Assembly: GCA_964430565.1 (NCBI GenBank)
Contig: CAYSFD010000057.1
Location: 23,218-87,217, forward strand
Direction: 5' to 3'
DNA: 64,000 nucleotides
From: an uncultured Enterobacteriaceae bacterium
GTDB lineage: Bacteria > Pseudomonadota > Gammaproteobacteria > Burkholderiales > SG8-39
This document shows positions 1-14,336 of this stretch, in pieces (the stretch's first letter is position 1; each line of letters opens with the position of its first letter). Below the pieces are notes generated by a model. It ran no database searches. It worked only from the letters and a program-made list of their open reading frames with translations, and was not told the DNA's origin. The position numbers were made by a program, and so were the translations under genes.

Positions 1-1
1 G

Positions 2-154
2 ACCCAGTTCCTGTTTATCAGTCACAACAAGATCACGATGGAAATGGCGCATCAGCTGATCGGGGTGACCATGCAGGAGCAAGGCGTATCGCGTGTCGTG
101 GCTGTTGATATCGAGGAGGCGCTGAAACTGCGGGAAGAACCCGCCGCCGCTTGA
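2..154 (+). CDS. smc: C-terminal end of chromosome segregation protein SMC (5' part outside window)
   Basis: Frame 2 reads [43 protein letters not shown], the conserved SMC C-terminal ATPase tail. Stop TGA is at 152-154. Followed by zipA-ligA, as is common in beta/gamma-proteobacteria. Confidence 0.8.
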   Translation, partial: TQFLFISHNKITMEMAHQLIGVTMQEQGVSRVVAVDIEEALKLREEPAAA

Positions 155-156
155 AA

Positions 157-4090
<3,934 letters not shown>

Positions 4091-4126
4091 TGCGCCGCCG
4101 GCCGGGGACGCATATACTTCGCGCGC

Positions 4127-4672
4127 ATGAAACCCGACGAGGCCTGGGAGATCCTGGAGCGCGCGGATCTATTGTGCAGCGAGGCCGAAGTGCGCGCCGC
4201 AATCGTACGCGTTGCGTCGGAGATTACCGCGAGCCTGAAAGACCGCTTTCCGCTTGTTCTCGCGGTGATGGGGGGCTCGATTTGCTTCGCCGGTCAGCTC
4301 CTGCCGCAGCTGCGTTTCCCGCTCGAATTCGACACTATCCAGGCGTCGCGCTACGGCAAAGCCACCTCGGGCGGCAAGATCGTGTGGGCGGTGGAGCCCG
4401 GCGAGAACGTCAGAGGACGCAACGTGCTCGTGCTCGATGACATTCTTGACGGCGGGGTAACGCTCGCTGCGATCCGAGATCGCGTGCGTTCGCTGGGCGC
4501 GGCGGCGTTCTTCAGCGCCGTGCTTACCGACAAGGACATCGGCCGCTCGAAACCGATCGCTCCGGATTTCGTCGGTCTGAAGCTGCCGAACCGGTATGTG
4601 TTTGGCTGCGGGATGGACGTATCCGGAGCCTGGCGCAACCTTCCGGCGATCTACGCTGTAAAGGGCTCCTGA
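4127..4672 (+). CDS. hpt: Hypoxanthine-guanine phosphoribosyltransferase family protein
   Basis: 181 aa. PRPP-binding motif VLVLDDILDGGVTL. Size and layout are typical of type I PRTases. Confidence 0.8.
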   Translation: MKPDEAWEILERADLLCSEAEVRAAIVRVASEITASLKDRFPLVLAVMGGSICFAGQLLPQLRFPLEFDTIQASRYGKATSGGKIVWAVEPGENVRGRNVLVLDDILDGGVTLAAIRDRVRSLGAAAFFSAVLTDKDIGRSKPIAPDFVGLKLPNRYVFGCGMDVSGAWRNLPAIYAVKGS

Positions 4673-4678
4673 GCACGC

Positions 4679-5410
4679 ATGCTTGCAATTATCGGCGGCA
4701 CCGGGCTGACACAGCTCGCCAATCTGGACGTTTCGGGGCGCCAGGTCGTGCGCACGCCTTACGGCGAGCCCTCCGGGCCTCTCACCTTCGGAGCGATTCA
4801 CGGCGTTCCGGTCGTGTTCCTCGCGCGGCACGGGTACGGTCACACGATTCCGCCGCACCAGGTGAACTACCGCGCGAATCTCTGGGCCCTCAAGGAGCAG
4901 GGGGCGGGCGAAATCGTGTCGGTCGTGTCGGTCGGGGGCATTCGCGCAGACCTCGGCCCGGGAACGATCGTCGTCCCGCACCAGATCATCGACTACACCT
5001 GGGGCCGGAAGAGCACGTTCTTCGAGAACGAGGCGCCGGTCAAGCATATTGACTTCACCGAACCGTACACTGCAGCGCTGAGAAGGAGGCTGCTCTCGGC
5101 CGCCAAGGCCTGCGGCGAGGCCGCGGTCGATGGCGCCGTCTACGCGGCGACCCAGGGGCCGCGGCTGGAGACGGCTGCAGAAATAGACCGGCTGGAGCGC
5201 GAAGGCGCCGACATCGTCGGCATGACGGGGATGCCCGAGGCGGCGCTGGCACGTGAGATCGATCTGGAATACGCGGCGATCGCAGTCATCGTGAATCACG
5301 CTGCCGGGCGAGGGGCCAGCGCTCGTGGCGTATCGTTAGGGCAGATCGAAGAGGTGTTGAAGGACGTAGTGGGTCGAGTGCGAAAGATTATTGAGGCCTT
5401 TGTGGCGTGA
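4679..5410 (+). CDS. S-methyl-5'-thioadenosine / S-methyl-5'-thioinosine phosphorylase (MtnP/PNP family)
   Basis: 243 aa. N-terminus [10 protein letters not shown], plus FLARHG and GMTGMPEA motifs of MTAP-type nucleoside phosphorylases. Confidence 0.85.
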   Translation: MLAIIGGTGLTQLANLDVSGRQVVRTPYGEPSGPLTFGAIHGVPVVFLARHGYGHTIPPHQVNYRANLWALKEQGAGEIVSVVSVGGIRADLGPGTIVVPHQIIDYTWGRKSTFFENEAPVKHIDFTEPYTAALRRRLLSAAKACGEAAVDGAVYAATQGPRLETAAEIDRLEREGADIVGMTGMPEAALAREIDLEYAAIAVIVNHAAGRGASARGVSLGQIEEVLKDVVGRVRKIIEAFVA

Positions 5411-5937
5411 TTCGCGAAGTCCTGAAAATGGGTGACCCGCGGTTGCTCGAGAGGTCGCGACCGATCGATGCGTTCGGGGCAGGGGCGCTGCGCGACCTTA
5501 TCGCCGACATGCGCGACACCATGGCGCACCTGAATGGGGCAGGGCTCGCTGCCCCCCAGATCGGTGTGCCCTTGCGGGTAGTGATTTTCGGGGTCACGCA
5601 AAACCCGCGCTATCCCGATGCCGAGGAAGTCCCGGATACGGTGTTGATCAATCCGGTCATCACGCCTATCGGCGAGGAGATCGAAGAAGCCTGGGAAGGC
5701 TGCCTTTCGGTACCGGGTATGAGAGGCGTGGTGCCGCGTTTTGTGCGAGTGCGCTATCAGGGGTTTGACGAATCGGGCCAGGCGATCGATAGAAGCGTCC
5801 AGGGATTCCACGCACGCGTGGTGCAGCACGAATGCGACCATCTGGACGGCATCCTGTATCCCATGCGCATCCGCGATATGTCCAAGTTCGGCTTCGTGGA
5901 AGTCCTGTTTCCCGATCAGGAGTTGATCGACGAATAG
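5407..5937 (+). CDS. def: Peptide deformylase
   Basis: 176 aa. The three Def motifs are present: [28 protein letters not shown] start overlaps the upstream stop. Confidence 0.93.
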   Translation: MIREVLKMGDPRLLERSRPIDAFGAGALRDLIADMRDTMAHLNGAGLAAPQIGVPLRVVIFGVTQNPRYPDAEEVPDTVLINPVITPIGEEIEEAWEGCLSVPGMRGVVPRFVRVRYQGFDESGQAIDRSVQGFHARVVQHECDHLDGILYPMRIRDMSKFGFVEVLFPDQELIDE

Positions 5938-5967
5938 ATGCCGGACTGAGGCCCGGGCGGAACCTTC

Positions 5968-8553
5968 CTACGCTTGCAACGCTTTGAGCAGGTCGGTTTC
6001 GAGCTGCAATACCGTTTTTGGATTGGCGAGCGCGGCGCCGGACACGACGAACACATCCTCCGCGCGCTCGCCGAGCGTCACGATCTTGGCGGTGTGCAAA
6101 TCGACGTGATAGTTGCCGAGCACGCGAGCGATCGCATAGAGGAGGCCGGGCCGGTCGCCTGCGGTGATCGAAAGGGAATGGTACTGCCCTTTTTCATCCG
6201 GGACGATACGCACCTCGGGTGCGATGGGAAAGTGCTTTACGCGGCGCGATACTCGCCCTTGGAAAGGCTGCGGCAGGGGAACCTGATTCGCCAGCCAGTC
6301 TGCCAACTCCTTTTCGATTTCAGCGATCATGTCGCGCGGATGCGCGACGCTGCCGACGTCCATGACCTGGAATGTGTCGAGTGCATAGCCGTGCCGGGTC
6401 GTGTAGATCTTGGCGTCAACGATGCTGAAACCGATCGACCCGAAGTAGCCGCAGATGCGTGCGAAGAGTTCGCGCTGATCGGTGACGTAAATCATGACCT
6501 GCAGCCCTTCGCCCACGGGCGAAAGGCGCGCTTTGACTACCGGTTTGTCCGGGCTTGGCCGGTAATGCAGTAAGCGCGTTTGCCAAGCGATTTCCTGGGC
6601 GTCGTGGCGCAGGAAGTAAGGCACGTCGAAATGGCGCCATAGCACATCCTGCACCGTGTCCGACAGCCCGTACAGCCGCAACAGGCGCTTCGCTTCGTCT
6701 TGCTTGCGCTGGATGTACTGATCAGCCTCAAACTTTCCGCCCTTCAGTACATACTGCGTGGCGCGAAACAGGTCCTCGAGAAGCTTGCCTTTCCAGGCGT
6801 TCCACACCTTGGGGCTCGTTCCGCGGATGTCCGCGACGGTGAGCAGGTAAAGGGCGACCAGCCGCCGCTCCGTGCCCGCAATGTCGGCGAAGCGGCGCAC
6901 GACCATTGGATCGGACAGGTCCTGTTTCTGGGCGACCGACGACATGGTCAGATGGTGTTCCACCAGAAACTCGACGAGTTGGGCGTCCTCGGTCGATAGA
7001 TCGTGCTGGCGGCAGAAGCGCCGGGCTTCGAGCTTGCCCAGTTGCGAGTGATCGCCCCCGCGGCCCTTGGCAATGTCGTGAAAGATCGCGGCAATATAGA
7101 GCAGCCAGTGCCGATCGAGCCCTGCGATAAGCCGGCTGCACAGCGGATACTCGTGCGCAAACTCGAGCATGGTGAAGCGGCGCAGGTTGCGCACCACGGT
7201 GAGGATGTGCTGGTCCACGGTATAGACGTGGAAAAGATCGTGCTGCATCTGGCCGACGATGCGGCGGAATGCGGGCAGGTATCGTCCCAGGATGCCGTAT
7301 TGGTTCATGCGACGTAGTTCGTGCACGATGCCGCGTGGCTGCTGCAGGAGCGACAAAAAGGTCGCCCGATTGTGCGGATTGCGCCGAAAGGCCGCGTCAA
7401 TGCGCTCGCGCGCACGCCACAGCGCGCGCAGCGTCTGAGCCGTCATGCCTTTCAACTCGGAGTGCTCCTGCATGACGAGAAAACTCTGGAGAATCGCGGA
7501 GGGATCGCGCTCGAAAAGATCCGGCGGACGCGCCTCGAGCAATTCGCCTACGCGGCCAAACTTTTCATTGATTGCTACGGTGTCGGAATTCTTCACCGGA
7601 AATATCTCGGTGCCCAGGTTCTGGAGCAATATGGTGCTCAGCTGTGTCACCGCCTTTGCCGTGCGGAAATACGCCTGCATCAGCTGCTCGCCGGCACGGC
7701 GGTGCGCGGTGGCGGAATAACCGAGTTCGCGCGCGAGGCTCTCCTGATAGTCGAACAGCAATCGGTCCTCTCGCCGCGCTGCGGCGTAGTGCAAGCGCAC
7801 GCGCAAGTTTTGAAGCAGCGTGTAATGCCGCCGTGCCTGGCGTGCTTCCTCCCGGGTAATCAAGCCGCGACGCGCCAATTCCGCCCAGGAATCACCGAGG
7901 TTGCAGGCGCGGCTGATCCACAGAATGACCTGCAAGTCCCGCAGACCGCCTGGAGCTTCCTTGAGGTTGGGCTCGAGGTTGTAAGGGCTATCCTGAAACT
8001 TCGTATGGCGCTGCTCCTGCTCCAGACGCTTGGCTTTGAAAAATATCTGGTGGTCAAGACATTCCCGCCGCGCGCGAATGAAACGGGCAAAGAGTCCGCG
8101 GTTTCCGGTGAGCAGTCTCGCTTCAAGGAGGCTGGTCATTACGGTGACATCCTTGGTCGCTTCCTCGACGCACTGGGCGACCGTGCGCACGCTGTGGCTC
8201 AGTTCAAGCCCGGTATCCCAGAGCCTTCCGACGAGGTCCTCGATCGTCGAGACGAGGCTGGCGGAAGGCGGTTCCTGAAGGAGCACCAGGACATCGATGT
8301 CGGAATGCGGATAGAGCTCGCCGCGCCCGTAGCCGCCGACCGCGAGCAGCGCGAGGGAAGCGGGTAGCCGCAGCCGGCGCCACATCTCTCTGAGGACCCG
8401 GTCGACCAATCTGCGGTGCTCGCGCAACACCAGCGCGCCATCGGCGCTCCTTTGGAATTTGGCCTGAAGCGCCGCGCGTTCGGTCTGTACGTCCGCCTTG
8501 AGTCGGGCAAGCGCCGGTCCGGAGTCCGGGAGCGTTGCGGGGGAAGACAACAT
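5968..8553 (-). CDS. glnD: [Protein-PII] uridylyltransferase / uridylyl-removing enzyme GlnD
   Basis: 861 aa. Nucleotidyltransferase motif GGYGRGELYPHSDIDVLVL, an HD domain (FHDIAKG), and two C-terminal ACT-like domains. Confidence 0.94.
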   Translation of the reverse strand: MLSSPATLPDSGPALARLKADVQTERAALQAKFQRSADGALVLREHRRLVDRVLREMWRRLRLPASLALLAVGGYGRGELYPHSDIDVLVLLQEPPSASLVSTIEDLVGRLWDTGLELSHSVRTVAQCVEEATKDVTVMTSLLEARLLTGNRGLFARFIRARRECLDHQIFFKAKRLEQEQRHTKFQDSPYNLEPNLKEAPGGLRDLQVILWISRACNLGDSWAELARRGLITREEARQARRHYTLLQNLRVRLHYAAARREDRLLFDYQESLARELGYSATAHRRAGEQLMQAYFRTAKAVTQLSTILLQNLGTEIFPVKNSDTVAINEKFGRVGELLEARPPDLFERDPSAILQSFLVMQEHSELKGMTAQTLRALWRARERIDAAFRRNPHNRATFLSLLQQPRGIVHELRRMNQYGILGRYLPAFRRIVGQMQHDLFHVYTVDQHILTVVRNLRRFTMLEFAHEYPLCSRLIAGLDRHWLLYIAAIFHDIAKGRGGDHSQLGKLEARRFCRQHDLSTEDAQLVEFLVEHHLTMSSVAQKQDLSDPMVVRRFADIAGTERRLVALYLLTVADIRGTSPKVWNAWKGKLLEDLFRATQYVLKGGKFEADQYIQRKQDEAKRLLRLYGLSDTVQDVLWRHFDVPYFLRHDAQEIAWQTRLLHYRPSPDKPVVKARLSPVGEGLQVMIYVTDQRELFARICGYFGSIGFSIVDAKIYTTRHGYALDTFQVMDVGSVAHPRDMIAEIEKELADWLANQVPLPQPFQGRVSRRVKHFPIAPEVRIVPDEKGQYHSLSITAGDRPGLLYAIARVLGNYHVDLHTAKIVTLGERAEDVFVVSGAALANPKTVLQLETDLLKALQA

Positions 8554-8557
8554 GAGG

Positions 8558-9352
8558 CTAGTGGTTTGGCGGAGCGGGTGTGCCCGCGGAAACCGTCAAG
8601 ACCTCATAGCCGCTCCCGGTGACCAGCACCGTGTGCTCCCATTGCGCCGAGAGGCTGTGGTCCTTGGTGACGATGGTCCAACCGTCAGCAAGTTCCCGTA
8701 TCGCGGGTTTGCCGGCGTTGATCATGGGTTCGATCGTGAAAATCATGCCGGGCTGGAGACGCATGCCGGTTCCCGGTCGCCCGTAGTGGAGGACCTGGGG
8801 CTCTTCGTGGAACTTGCGACCGATTCCGTGGCCGCAGAACTCCCGCACGACGCTGTAGCCATGGCCTTCGGCATGCTCTTGTATCGCAGCGCCGACATCA
8901 CCGAGAAAAGCCCCGGGACGCACCGTCTTGATGCCCAGCCACATGCACTCGTAGGTGGTTTCGCACAGCCGCCTGGCCTGGATCGAAGGTTCGCCAATGT
9001 AAAACATGCGGCTGGAGTCGCCATGAAACCCGTCCTTGATCACGGTGACGTCGATATTGAGGATATCGCCGGCTTTCAGCACGCGCTCGCCCGGAATGCC
9101 GTGACAAACTTGGTGGTTGACCGAGGTGCAGATCGAATTGGGAAAGGGTTTGTAGCCGGGCGGCGCATAATCCAGGGGGGCCGGGATCGCTTTCTGCTCG
9201 TTGACGATGAAGTCATGGCAGAGGCGATCCAGTTCACCGGTGCTGATGCCGGGCCTGACGCGCAGGGCGATGAAGTCAAGCGCTTCCCCGGCGAGTTGCC
9301 CGGCAACGCGCATTCTCTCGATTTCCTCAGTGGTCTTCAGGTATATCGGCAT
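8558..9352 (-). CDS. map: Type I methionyl aminopeptidase
   Basis: 264 aa. Conserved MAP type I metal-ligand context (VCHGIP, DILNIDVT, CGHGIG, FTIEPM, WEHT). Confidence 0.94.
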   Translation of the reverse strand: MPIYLKTTEEIERMRVAGQLAGEALDFIALRVRPGISTGELDRLCHDFIVNEQKAIPAPLDYAPPGYKPFPNSICTSVNHQVCHGIPGERVLKAGDILNIDVTVIKDGFHGDSSRMFYIGEPSIQARRLCETTYECMWLGIKTVRPGAFLGDVGAAIQEHAEGHGYSVVREFCGHGIGRKFHEEPQVLHYGRPGTGMRLQPGMIFTIEPMINAGKPAIRELADGWTIVTKDHSLSAQWEHTVLVTGSGYEVLTVSAGTPAPPNH

Positions 9353-9463
9353 TGCCTAGAAAAAAAGTGCGAAGGATAAATCATGCACTGTGAAGGAGCA
9401 AACCTCAGACGCGACGAGCGGGCGCAATGGGTTCGAGTAATGCTCTGTTTGCACAGGAAAAAC

Positions 9464-9493
9464 TTGCGCCGATTTCAACGCACGTGCTATTAT
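9464..9493 (+). promoter_or_regulatory. Putative sigma70-type promoter of rpsB-tsf
   Basis: TTGCGC (9464-9469), 18-nt spacer, TATTAT (9488-9493). Lies about 130 nt upstream of the rpsB ATG in the AT-richer map/rpsB divergent spacer. By-eye match only. Confidence 0.45.
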
Positions 9494-9623
9494 TTTAAGG
9501 CTAGTCGAGCTTTGGGCTCGGCTAAATTTTAGCCGCTCCGCCGTTAGGGTGCCCGCGACCGTCAACTTCAGCGGGTCATTTGGCCGGACGGCTCCAAGAT
9601 CAACCCTAACCGGAGTCACCACC

Positions 9624-10376
9624 ATGTCGACCACGATGCGTCAAATGCTCGAAGCGGGCGTGCATTTCGGCCACCAGACCCGCTACTGGAATCCGAAGAT
9701 GGCGCCCTTCATCTTCGGCCACCGCAACAAGATTCACATCATCAACCTGGAAAAAACCATGGTGATGTATCAAGAGGCGATGAAATTCGTTCGCAAGCTC
9801 GCCTCGAACAAGGGCACCCTCCTGTTTGTCGGGACCAAGCGCCAGGCGCGCGAAATCGTCCGGGAGGAGGCCGAACGGTGCGCGGCTCCTTTCGTCGATC
9901 ATCGCTGGCTGGGCGGCATGCTCACCAACTTCAAGACGGTGCGCCAATCGATCAAGCGGCTCAAGGAAATGGAGACGATGATCCAGGACGGCAGTATGGA
10001 GAAGTTGCCGAAAAAAGAGGCGTTGCGGATCCAGCGCGAGCTCGCCAAGCTCACGCGCAGCCTCGGGGGCATCAAAGAGCTGGACCGCCGGCCCGACGCC
10101 CTCTTCATTATCGATGTCGGCTACCAGAAAGGGGCGGTTGCCGAAGCGAAGAAACTCGGTATTCCCGTCATCGGCGTGGTCGATACCAATCACTCGCCGG
10201 AGGGGATTGCCTACGTGATCCCGGGTAACGACGATTCCAGCCGCGCGATCCGTCTGTATGCTCGTGGAATCGCCGACTCGATCCTGGAGGGCCGCAACCA
10301 GGTCGTGCAGGAGATCGTCGGTGCGACCTCGGACGAATTCGTCGAGGTCGAAGAGTCCGGAGCGCGAGCGCAGTGA
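9624..10376 (+). CDS. rpsB: 30S ribosomal protein S2
   Basis: ORF 9549..10376. Conserved N-terminus [26 protein letters not shown] starts at ATG 9624, preceded by GGAG at 9612-9615. Confidence 0.95.
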   Translation: MSTTMRQMLEAGVHFGHQTRYWNPKMAPFIFGHRNKIHIINLEKTMVMYQEAMKFVRKLASNKGTLLFVGTKRQAREIVREEAERCAAPFVDHRWLGGMLTNFKTVRQSIKRLKEMETMIQDGSMEKLPKKEALRIQRELAKLTRSLGGIKELDRRPDALFIIDVGYQKGAVAEAKKLGIPVIGVVDTNHSPEGIAYVIPGNDDSSRAIRLYARGIADSILEGRNQVVQEIVGATSDEFVEVEESGARAQ

Positions 10377-10391
10377 TTGAAGATTCCGGCG

Positions 10392-10422
10392 AAAAAAGAG
10401 GGGCTGCATGCCCCTTTTTTTT
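10392..10422 (+). terminator. Rho-independent terminator/attenuator hairpin between rpsB and tsf
   Basis: AAAAAAGAGGGGC-TGCAT-GCCCCTTTTTTTT: a GC stem, 5-nt loop and 8-T run. The A-tract upstream makes it potentially bidirectional. Confidence 0.6.
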
Positions 10423-10449
10423 GAAGTCCTTTCCGGTAAAGTTTCAGCA

Positions 10450-11340
10450 ATGACAGAAATCAACGCAAGCATGGTCCGGGAGCTGCGCGACAAGACCGAT
10501 GCGCCGATGATGGAGTGCAAAAAGGCGCTCGTCGAGGCTGGCGGCGACTCCGGCAAGGCCGAAGAGCTCCTGCGAATCAGACTGGGCAACAAGGCGTCCA
10601 AGGCTGCGACGCGCACGGCAGCCGAGGGCGTGGTTGCGGTTTACGTCGCGCCTGACGGGAAAACAGGCGCAATCGTGGAAGTCAACTGCGAAACCGATTT
10701 CGTGGCTAAGAACGAAGAGTTTTTGAAGTTCTCGGCAGCGCTGGCCGATCTCGTGACAAAAGAAAATCCCACCGACGTTGCGGCCCTGGCTTCTTTGCCG
10801 CTCGGCGCTTCCTCGGTCGAAGAGACGCGCAAGGCATTGGTAGGGCGCATCGGTGAAAACATGTCGATCCGCCGGTTCGCGCGCCTTGACGCCAAAGGTC
10901 GGATCGTTCACTACGTTCACGGCGGTGCAAAGATTGGGGCGCTCTTGGACATCTCCGGCGGGGACGACACATTTGCGCGCGATCTGGCGATGCATGTCTC
11001 CTGGGCAAAGCCGATTGCGTTGTCCAAGGATCAGGTGCCAGCCGAACTGATCAAGAAGGAACGCGACATTGCGGCTGCGACTGCGGCCAATTCGGGTAAG
11101 CCCGCCAATATCGTCGAGAAAATGGTGGAAGGCGGTGTCCAGAAATTCCTCAAGCAAGTGACGCTCCTGGGACAAGGCTTCGTTCGAGATGAGAAACAGA
11201 GCGTCGAGGCGGTGTTAAAGGCAAAAGGCGCGTCGGTATCTCGATTCGTTCTTTACGTCGTCGGCGAGGGCATCGACAAGAAATCGGGAGACTTCGCAGC
11301 CGAAGTGATGGCGCAGGTGAGCGCGGCCCAGAAAGCTTGA
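10450..11340 (+). CDS. tsf: Translation elongation factor Ts
   Basis: ORF 10408..11340. Conserved N-terminus [27 protein letters not shown] begins at ATG 10450. Confidence 0.94.
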   Translation: MTEINASMVRELRDKTDAPMMECKKALVEAGGDSGKAEELLRIRLGNKASKAATRTAAEGVVAVYVAPDGKTGAIVEVNCETDFVAKNEEFLKFSAALADLVTKENPTDVAALASLPLGASSVEETRKALVGRIGENMSIRRFARLDAKGRIVHYVHGGAKIGALLDISGGDDTFARDLAMHVSWAKPIALSKDQVPAELIKKERDIAAATAANSGKPANIVEKMVEGGVQKFLKQVTLLGQGFVRDEKQSVEAVLKAKGASVSRFVLYVVGEGIDKKSGDFAAEVMAQVSAAQKA

Positions 11341-11360
11341 CCGGAGAAGGACCAACCCGA

Positions 11361-12086
11361 ATGGCCGAAACCGCAAAATACAAACGAATCCTTCTCAAGC
11401 TAAGCGGGGAAGCGCTGATGGGAGAGGATTCCTTCGGCATCAATCGCGCCACCATAGAGCGCATCGTCGGCGAGATCGCCCAGGTCTCGGCGCTCGGTCT
11501 GGAGATTGCCGTCGTCATCGGCGGCGGAAACATATTCCGCGGGGTGGCGCCGGGCGCAGCGGGAATGGACCGCGCCACGGCCGACTACATCGGAATGCTC
11601 GCCACCATCATGAACGCCCTGGCGCTCCAGGATGCGATGCGGCAGGCGGGCTTGAACGCGCGAGTGCAATCGGCGCTCAATATCGAGCAGGTAGTGGAAC
11701 CCTACATCCGCAACAAGGCGATCCGCTATCTCGAGGAAGGCAAGATAGTCATTTTCGCCGCGGGAACGGGCAACCCATTCTTCACGACCGATACCGCGGC
11801 GGCGCTGCGCGGCACGGAAATCGGGGCGGAAATGGTGCTCAAAGCGACCAAGGTTGACGGTGTTTACACCGCCGATCCCAAGCTGCAGCCAGACGCCAAG
11901 CGTTATGACAAGTTGAGCTTTGACGAGGCCATGATCAAGAACCTGCGGGTCATGGATGCCACGGCCTTCGCTTTGTGCCGCGACCAGAGGCTCCCGATAA
12001 CCGTGTTCAGCATACTGAAAGCCGGGGCGATGAAGCGGGTCATCACCGGAGAGAACGAAGGCACGCTCGTCTACGTCAGCGCTTGA
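11361..12086 (+). CDS. pyrH: UMP kinase
   Basis: ORF 11337..12086. ATG 11361 is preceded by GGAGAAGG. Motifs [13 protein letters not shown] and [10 protein letters not shown]. Confidence 0.94.
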   Translation: MAETAKYKRILLKLSGEALMGEDSFGINRATIERIVGEIAQVSALGLEIAVVIGGGNIFRGVAPGAAGMDRATADYIGMLATIMNALALQDAMRQAGLNARVQSALNIEQVVEPYIRNKAIRYLEEGKIVIFAAGTGNPFFTTDTAAALRGTEIGAEMVLKATKVDGVYTADPKLQPDAKRYDKLSFDEAMIKNLRVMDATAFALCRDQRLPITVFSILKAGAMKRVITGENEGTLVYVSA

Positions 12087-12108
12087 GCCTGCAAGGATGG
12101 AGCCAATC

Positions 12109-12672
12109 ATGAATACCATCGCCGACGTCAAGAAAACCACCGAACAGAAGATGACCAAGTCGCTCGATGCGCTCAAGGCCGATCTGGGCAAGGTGCGCAC
12201 CGGCCGGGCGCACGCGGGGCTTCTCGACCATGTCATGGTGGATTACTACGGCAGCCCGACGCCGATTCCCAAGATCGCCAACGTAAGCGTGCTCGACGCC
12301 CGCAGCCTCGGTGTATCTCCCTGGGAGAAAAAGATGCTCGGAGCGATCGAGAAGGCCATCCGGGATTCCAATCTTGGCCTGAATCCTGCGTCGCAGGGAG
12401 ACATGGTCCGAGTACCGATGCCTGCGCTTACCGAGGAACGTCGGCACGACTTGATCAAGATAATCAAGCACGATGGCGAAAATGCCAAAGTTGCGGTGCG
12501 TAATCAGCGCCGCGACGCCATCCATGCGCTGAAGGAGCTGCTAAAGGGCAAGACCGTATCCGAGGACGAGGAACGGCGGGCGCAGGAAGATGTCCAGAAA
12601 CTCACCGACCGGTACGTCGCCGACATCGACAAGATGATCGCAGGAAAGGAAACCGAGCTGATGGCTGTTTGA
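12109..12672 (+). CDS. frr: Ribosome recycling factor
   Basis: ORF 12097..12672. ATG 12109 follows AGGATGGAG. Typical RRF length and sequence ([15 protein letters not shown]). Confidence 0.93.
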   Translation: MNTIADVKKTTEQKMTKSLDALKADLGKVRTGRAHAGLLDHVMVDYYGSPTPIPKIANVSVLDARSLGVSPWEKKMLGAIEKAIRDSNLGLNPASQGDMVRVPMPALTEERRHDLIKIIKHDGENAKVAVRNQRRDAIHALKELLKGKTVSEDEERRAQEDVQKLTDRYVADIDKMIAGKETELMAV

Positions 12673-12694
12673 TCCAGCATCGCTGCGAACTCAC

Positions 12695-13480
12695 ATGAAA
12701 GCTTTCACCAGTTCAACGCGCGAGATCCCGCAGGTTGGGGACGTTCCGAGGCATATTGCGATGATCATGGACGGCAATGGACGCTGGGCCAAAAAGCGCT
12801 ATCTGCCTCGCGTGGCCGGTCACAAACAAGGCGCCGAAACGGTGCGCCGCGTCACGCGTGCGTGCACCGAGCGTGGGGTCGAATTCCTGACCCTGTTTGC
12901 CTTCAGTTCGGAGAATTGGCGCCGGCCGGCCGAGGAGGTATCGACGCTGCGTCAGCTGTTCGTGGGCGCCCTGGAGCAGGAGGCCGAGCGTTTGCACCAG
13001 AACGAGGTGCGCCTGAAAATCATCGGCGATATCAGGCCGTTCGGAGCGCGTGTGGTCGAACTCGCACGCCGTGCCCAGGAGTTGACCTCGGCCAACCGGG
13101 GACTTACGCTCACTATCGCAGCCAACTATGGCGGGCGCTGGGACCTCATGCGGGCTCTCGCGACGCTCGTGCGCAGCGGGCCTATGCCGGAGGCGGGATT
13201 CACCGAGGAGCAGCTCGCTCCTCATCTTGCGCTCAATTACGCCCCGGAGCCCGATTTGTTCATTCGCACGGGCGGGGAACAACGTATCAGCAATTTCCTG
13301 CTTTGGCAGCTCGCTTACACCGAGCTGTATTTCACGCCAACGCTGTGGCCCGACTTCGACGCCAAGCAGCTCGATGTGGCGATTGCCTGGTATCAACAGC
13401 GCGAGCGCCGCTTCGGGCGGACGAGCGAGCAGCTGGAGACGGTCAACCGCGACGCGAACGGCCGGCGGAGGATCGCGTAA
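12695..13480 (+). CDS. uppS: Undecaprenyl diphosphate synthase (di-trans,poly-cis-decaprenylcistransferase)
   Basis: 261 aa. Motifs [13 protein letters not shown] and [23 protein letters not shown]. Confidence 0.94.
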   Translation: MKAFTSSTREIPQVGDVPRHIAMIMDGNGRWAKKRYLPRVAGHKQGAETVRRVTRACTERGVEFLTLFAFSSENWRRPAEEVSTLRQLFVGALEQEAERLHQNEVRLKIIGDIRPFGARVVELARRAQELTSANRGLTLTIAANYGGRWDLMRALATLVRSGPMPEAGFTEEQLAPHLALNYAPEPDLFIRTGGEQRISNFLLWQLAYTELYFTPTLWPDFDAKQLDVAIAWYQQRERRFGRTSEQLETVNRDANGRRRIA

Positions 13481-13517
13481 GGATTCCCGTCGCGGACGGG
13501 CGAGAGCGCGGGCGGTC

Positions 13518-14336
13518 ATGCTGAAAACCCGGGTGCTCACAGCGGTCGTCTTGCTGGCGGTGCTTGTCTCGGCCTTGTTCCTCTTGCCCAGCAGCGGCTG
13601 GATCGTTTTTTGCGCGCTGTTTCTCGCTATCGCCGCCTGGGAATGGGGAGCACTGGCGGCGCTCGCCGCAGTCAGTCGCTCAATTTACGCAGCATTCCTG
13701 GTTGGGCTTTTCGTCTTGCCGAGGTACCTTGAGATCGCCTGGGAGAACGGCTTGCATGCGCCGGCCTGGGTCTACCACGCCGCCGCTTTATTCTGGGTCA
13801 TCCTCGTTCCGCTGTGGATCTGGAGGCGACCCCATATCGACGGCGGCGTTTTACTGCTTGGAGTCGGGGCGGTGGTGTTGATCCCGGCCGCCGCCGCTCT
13901 GGTCGATCTGCGCAGCGTCGCCCCATCCCTGTTGTTAGCCGTCCTGGCCACGGTCTGGATCTCCGATACGGTGGCGTATCTGATCGGCAGGCGCTTTGGA
14001 AAGCACAAGCTTGCTCCAACTATCAGCCCCGGAAAGACCTGGGAAGGCGTTGCCGGAGCGCTGACGGCAGTGGCTTTGTATGCGCTCGCCTGGGCGAGTT
14101 TGGGCGGCTCGGCATGGATGACTGCCTGGCCTAGCGGGGCGCGGGAATGGATACTCCCGGTTCTGCTTGGGCTGGCGGTGGCCGGAATGATTGGCGATCT
14201 GTTCGAATCTCTGATAAAACGCCAGGCAGGAGTCAAGGACAGCGGAACATTCCTGCCCGGCCATGGGGGCCTGCTCGATCGCATCGATGCACCCGTGGCA
14301 GTGCTTCCTCTTGCGGTGCTTGCGTTCGTGAGATGA
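13518..14336 (+). CDS. cdsA: Phosphatidate cytidylyltransferase
   Basis: In-frame part of ORF 13128..14336. ATG 13518 gives [15 protein letters not shown], a polytopic membrane protein. Signature [17 protein letters not shown]...[10 protein letters not shown]. Confidence 0.9.
   Translation: MLKTRVLTAVVLLAVLVSALFLLPSSGWIVFCALFLAIAAWEWGALAALAAVSRSIYAAFLVGLFVLPRYLEIAWENGLHAPAWVYHAAALFWVILVPLWIWRRPHIDGGVLLLGVGAVVLIPAAAALVDLRSVAPSLLLAVLATVWISDTVAYLIGRRFGKHKLAPTISPGKTWEGVAGALTAVALYALAWASLGGSAWMTAWPSGAREWILPVLLGLAVAGMIGDLFESLIKRQAGVKDSGTFLPGHGGLLDRIDAPVAVLPLAVLAFVR

Noticed and set aside
13128-13517. N-terminal extensions in the ORF track, for example cdsA from 13128, dxr from 14147, lpxB from 21701, livG from 59692, lexA from 51701, imuB from 53340 and ppsA from 27740.
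   Set aside because: The extensions overlap the preceding conserved genes in another frame and are low-complexity. Conserved protein N-termini, RBS-like purine runs and ATGA/GTGA stop-start overlaps all support the internal starts.
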